Shown here: one piece after another, positions 63,460 through 64,000 of the stretch
Layout: each line of letters opens with the position of its first letter
Numbering within the stretch: the first letter of the stretch is position 1
Assembly (NCBI GenBank): GCA_030704615.1
Contig: CM060733.1
Span: 61,690,001 to 61,754,000, forward strand
Source: Takakia lepidozioides
Lineage: Eukaryota; Plantae; Bryophyta
Direction of reading: 5' to 3'
Length of the DNA: 64,000 bases
Notes under the pieces: generated by a model
Told to the model about the DNA's origin: nothing
What the model saw: the letters and a program-made list of their open reading frames with translations, nothing else
The model's database searches: none
Translations under genes and position numbers: made by a program

Positions 63460-64000
63460 CAGTGGGCAGCTGAGCAGTCATATTCAACCACAGCCTCATA
63501 CATACCATGTACAAGCACCAAAGCTCCAACTAGATTTCAAGTACCAAGCAACATTACTTTCCCGCACTATTAAAAACGAAGGAGCACCTATACATTGTGG
63601 CAGTAAAAAACCCTTTAGCTGATATTTTCACACACAGCAAAATTATACGGATCAAAGAAACTGACATACTGGATTTTGCTACAAGCCCTTCGTGAAAAAC
63701 AGTATCACATTTGAAATAAAGATCACCTCGCCTTATCAGACCTCTTGTGTGGAGAATCTGAGAAAAGCTCCTGCCAGAGACAGGAGCTTGACCTGCATAC
63801 AAAACCTTTAAGAACTTGAGAACTTTGCCAGCTTCAATCGCATCAATTATCCTTGGCAAGTGCAGTGCTTAGACAGAGATCTCCGCCAGCTCTATTTATC
63901 ATCATATGGAGCAATGCTAGTGAAGGCTTGGCATTAAAGTCACCTCTTCTCTCTCTCTGCTCTCTCTCTATAGGGTAACTGCAATTACAGCAACAACTGT

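Noticed and set aside
63554-63859. 101-aa minus-strand ORF upstream of the PPR gene
   Set aside because: Non-ATG start and no recognisable family. It could be a UTR or upstream exon but cannot be supported.

Overview
Eukaryotic nuclear DNA from a land plant, most likely a non-seed plant such as a bryophyte or lycophyte. This is inferred from an ALDH21-family gene together with PLS-DYW PPR editing factors. The left ~19 kb is a transposon nest: the 3' part of a CACTA/En-Spm transposon ending inside a DYW-domain remnant, a degenerate PPR-DYW gene, and a 10.7-kb Ty3/gypsy LTR retrotransposon on the minus strand (7643-18364). The retrotransposon's polyprotein carries a full C5 DNA cytosine methyltransferase domain (DNMT3-like, motifs I-X in linear order, catalytic PCQ intact) between protease and reverse transcriptase. 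It also has an apparent self-priming (tRNA-independent) primer site and a 3.6-kb leader containing tandem arrays. This element is the standout system in the window. The right ~42 kb is gene-dense and intron-rich: XPF/UVH1, bZIP60 (with a predicted 23-nt IRE1 intron), a Trp/Tyr-permease-family transporter, HHL1, a class I/II aminotransferase, ALDH21, a DUF3531 gene, NUP85, and a second PLS-PPR gene with an open repeat tract but a decayed E2/DYW end. Exon boundaries were read by eye and family calls rest on motif recognition; no database search was run.
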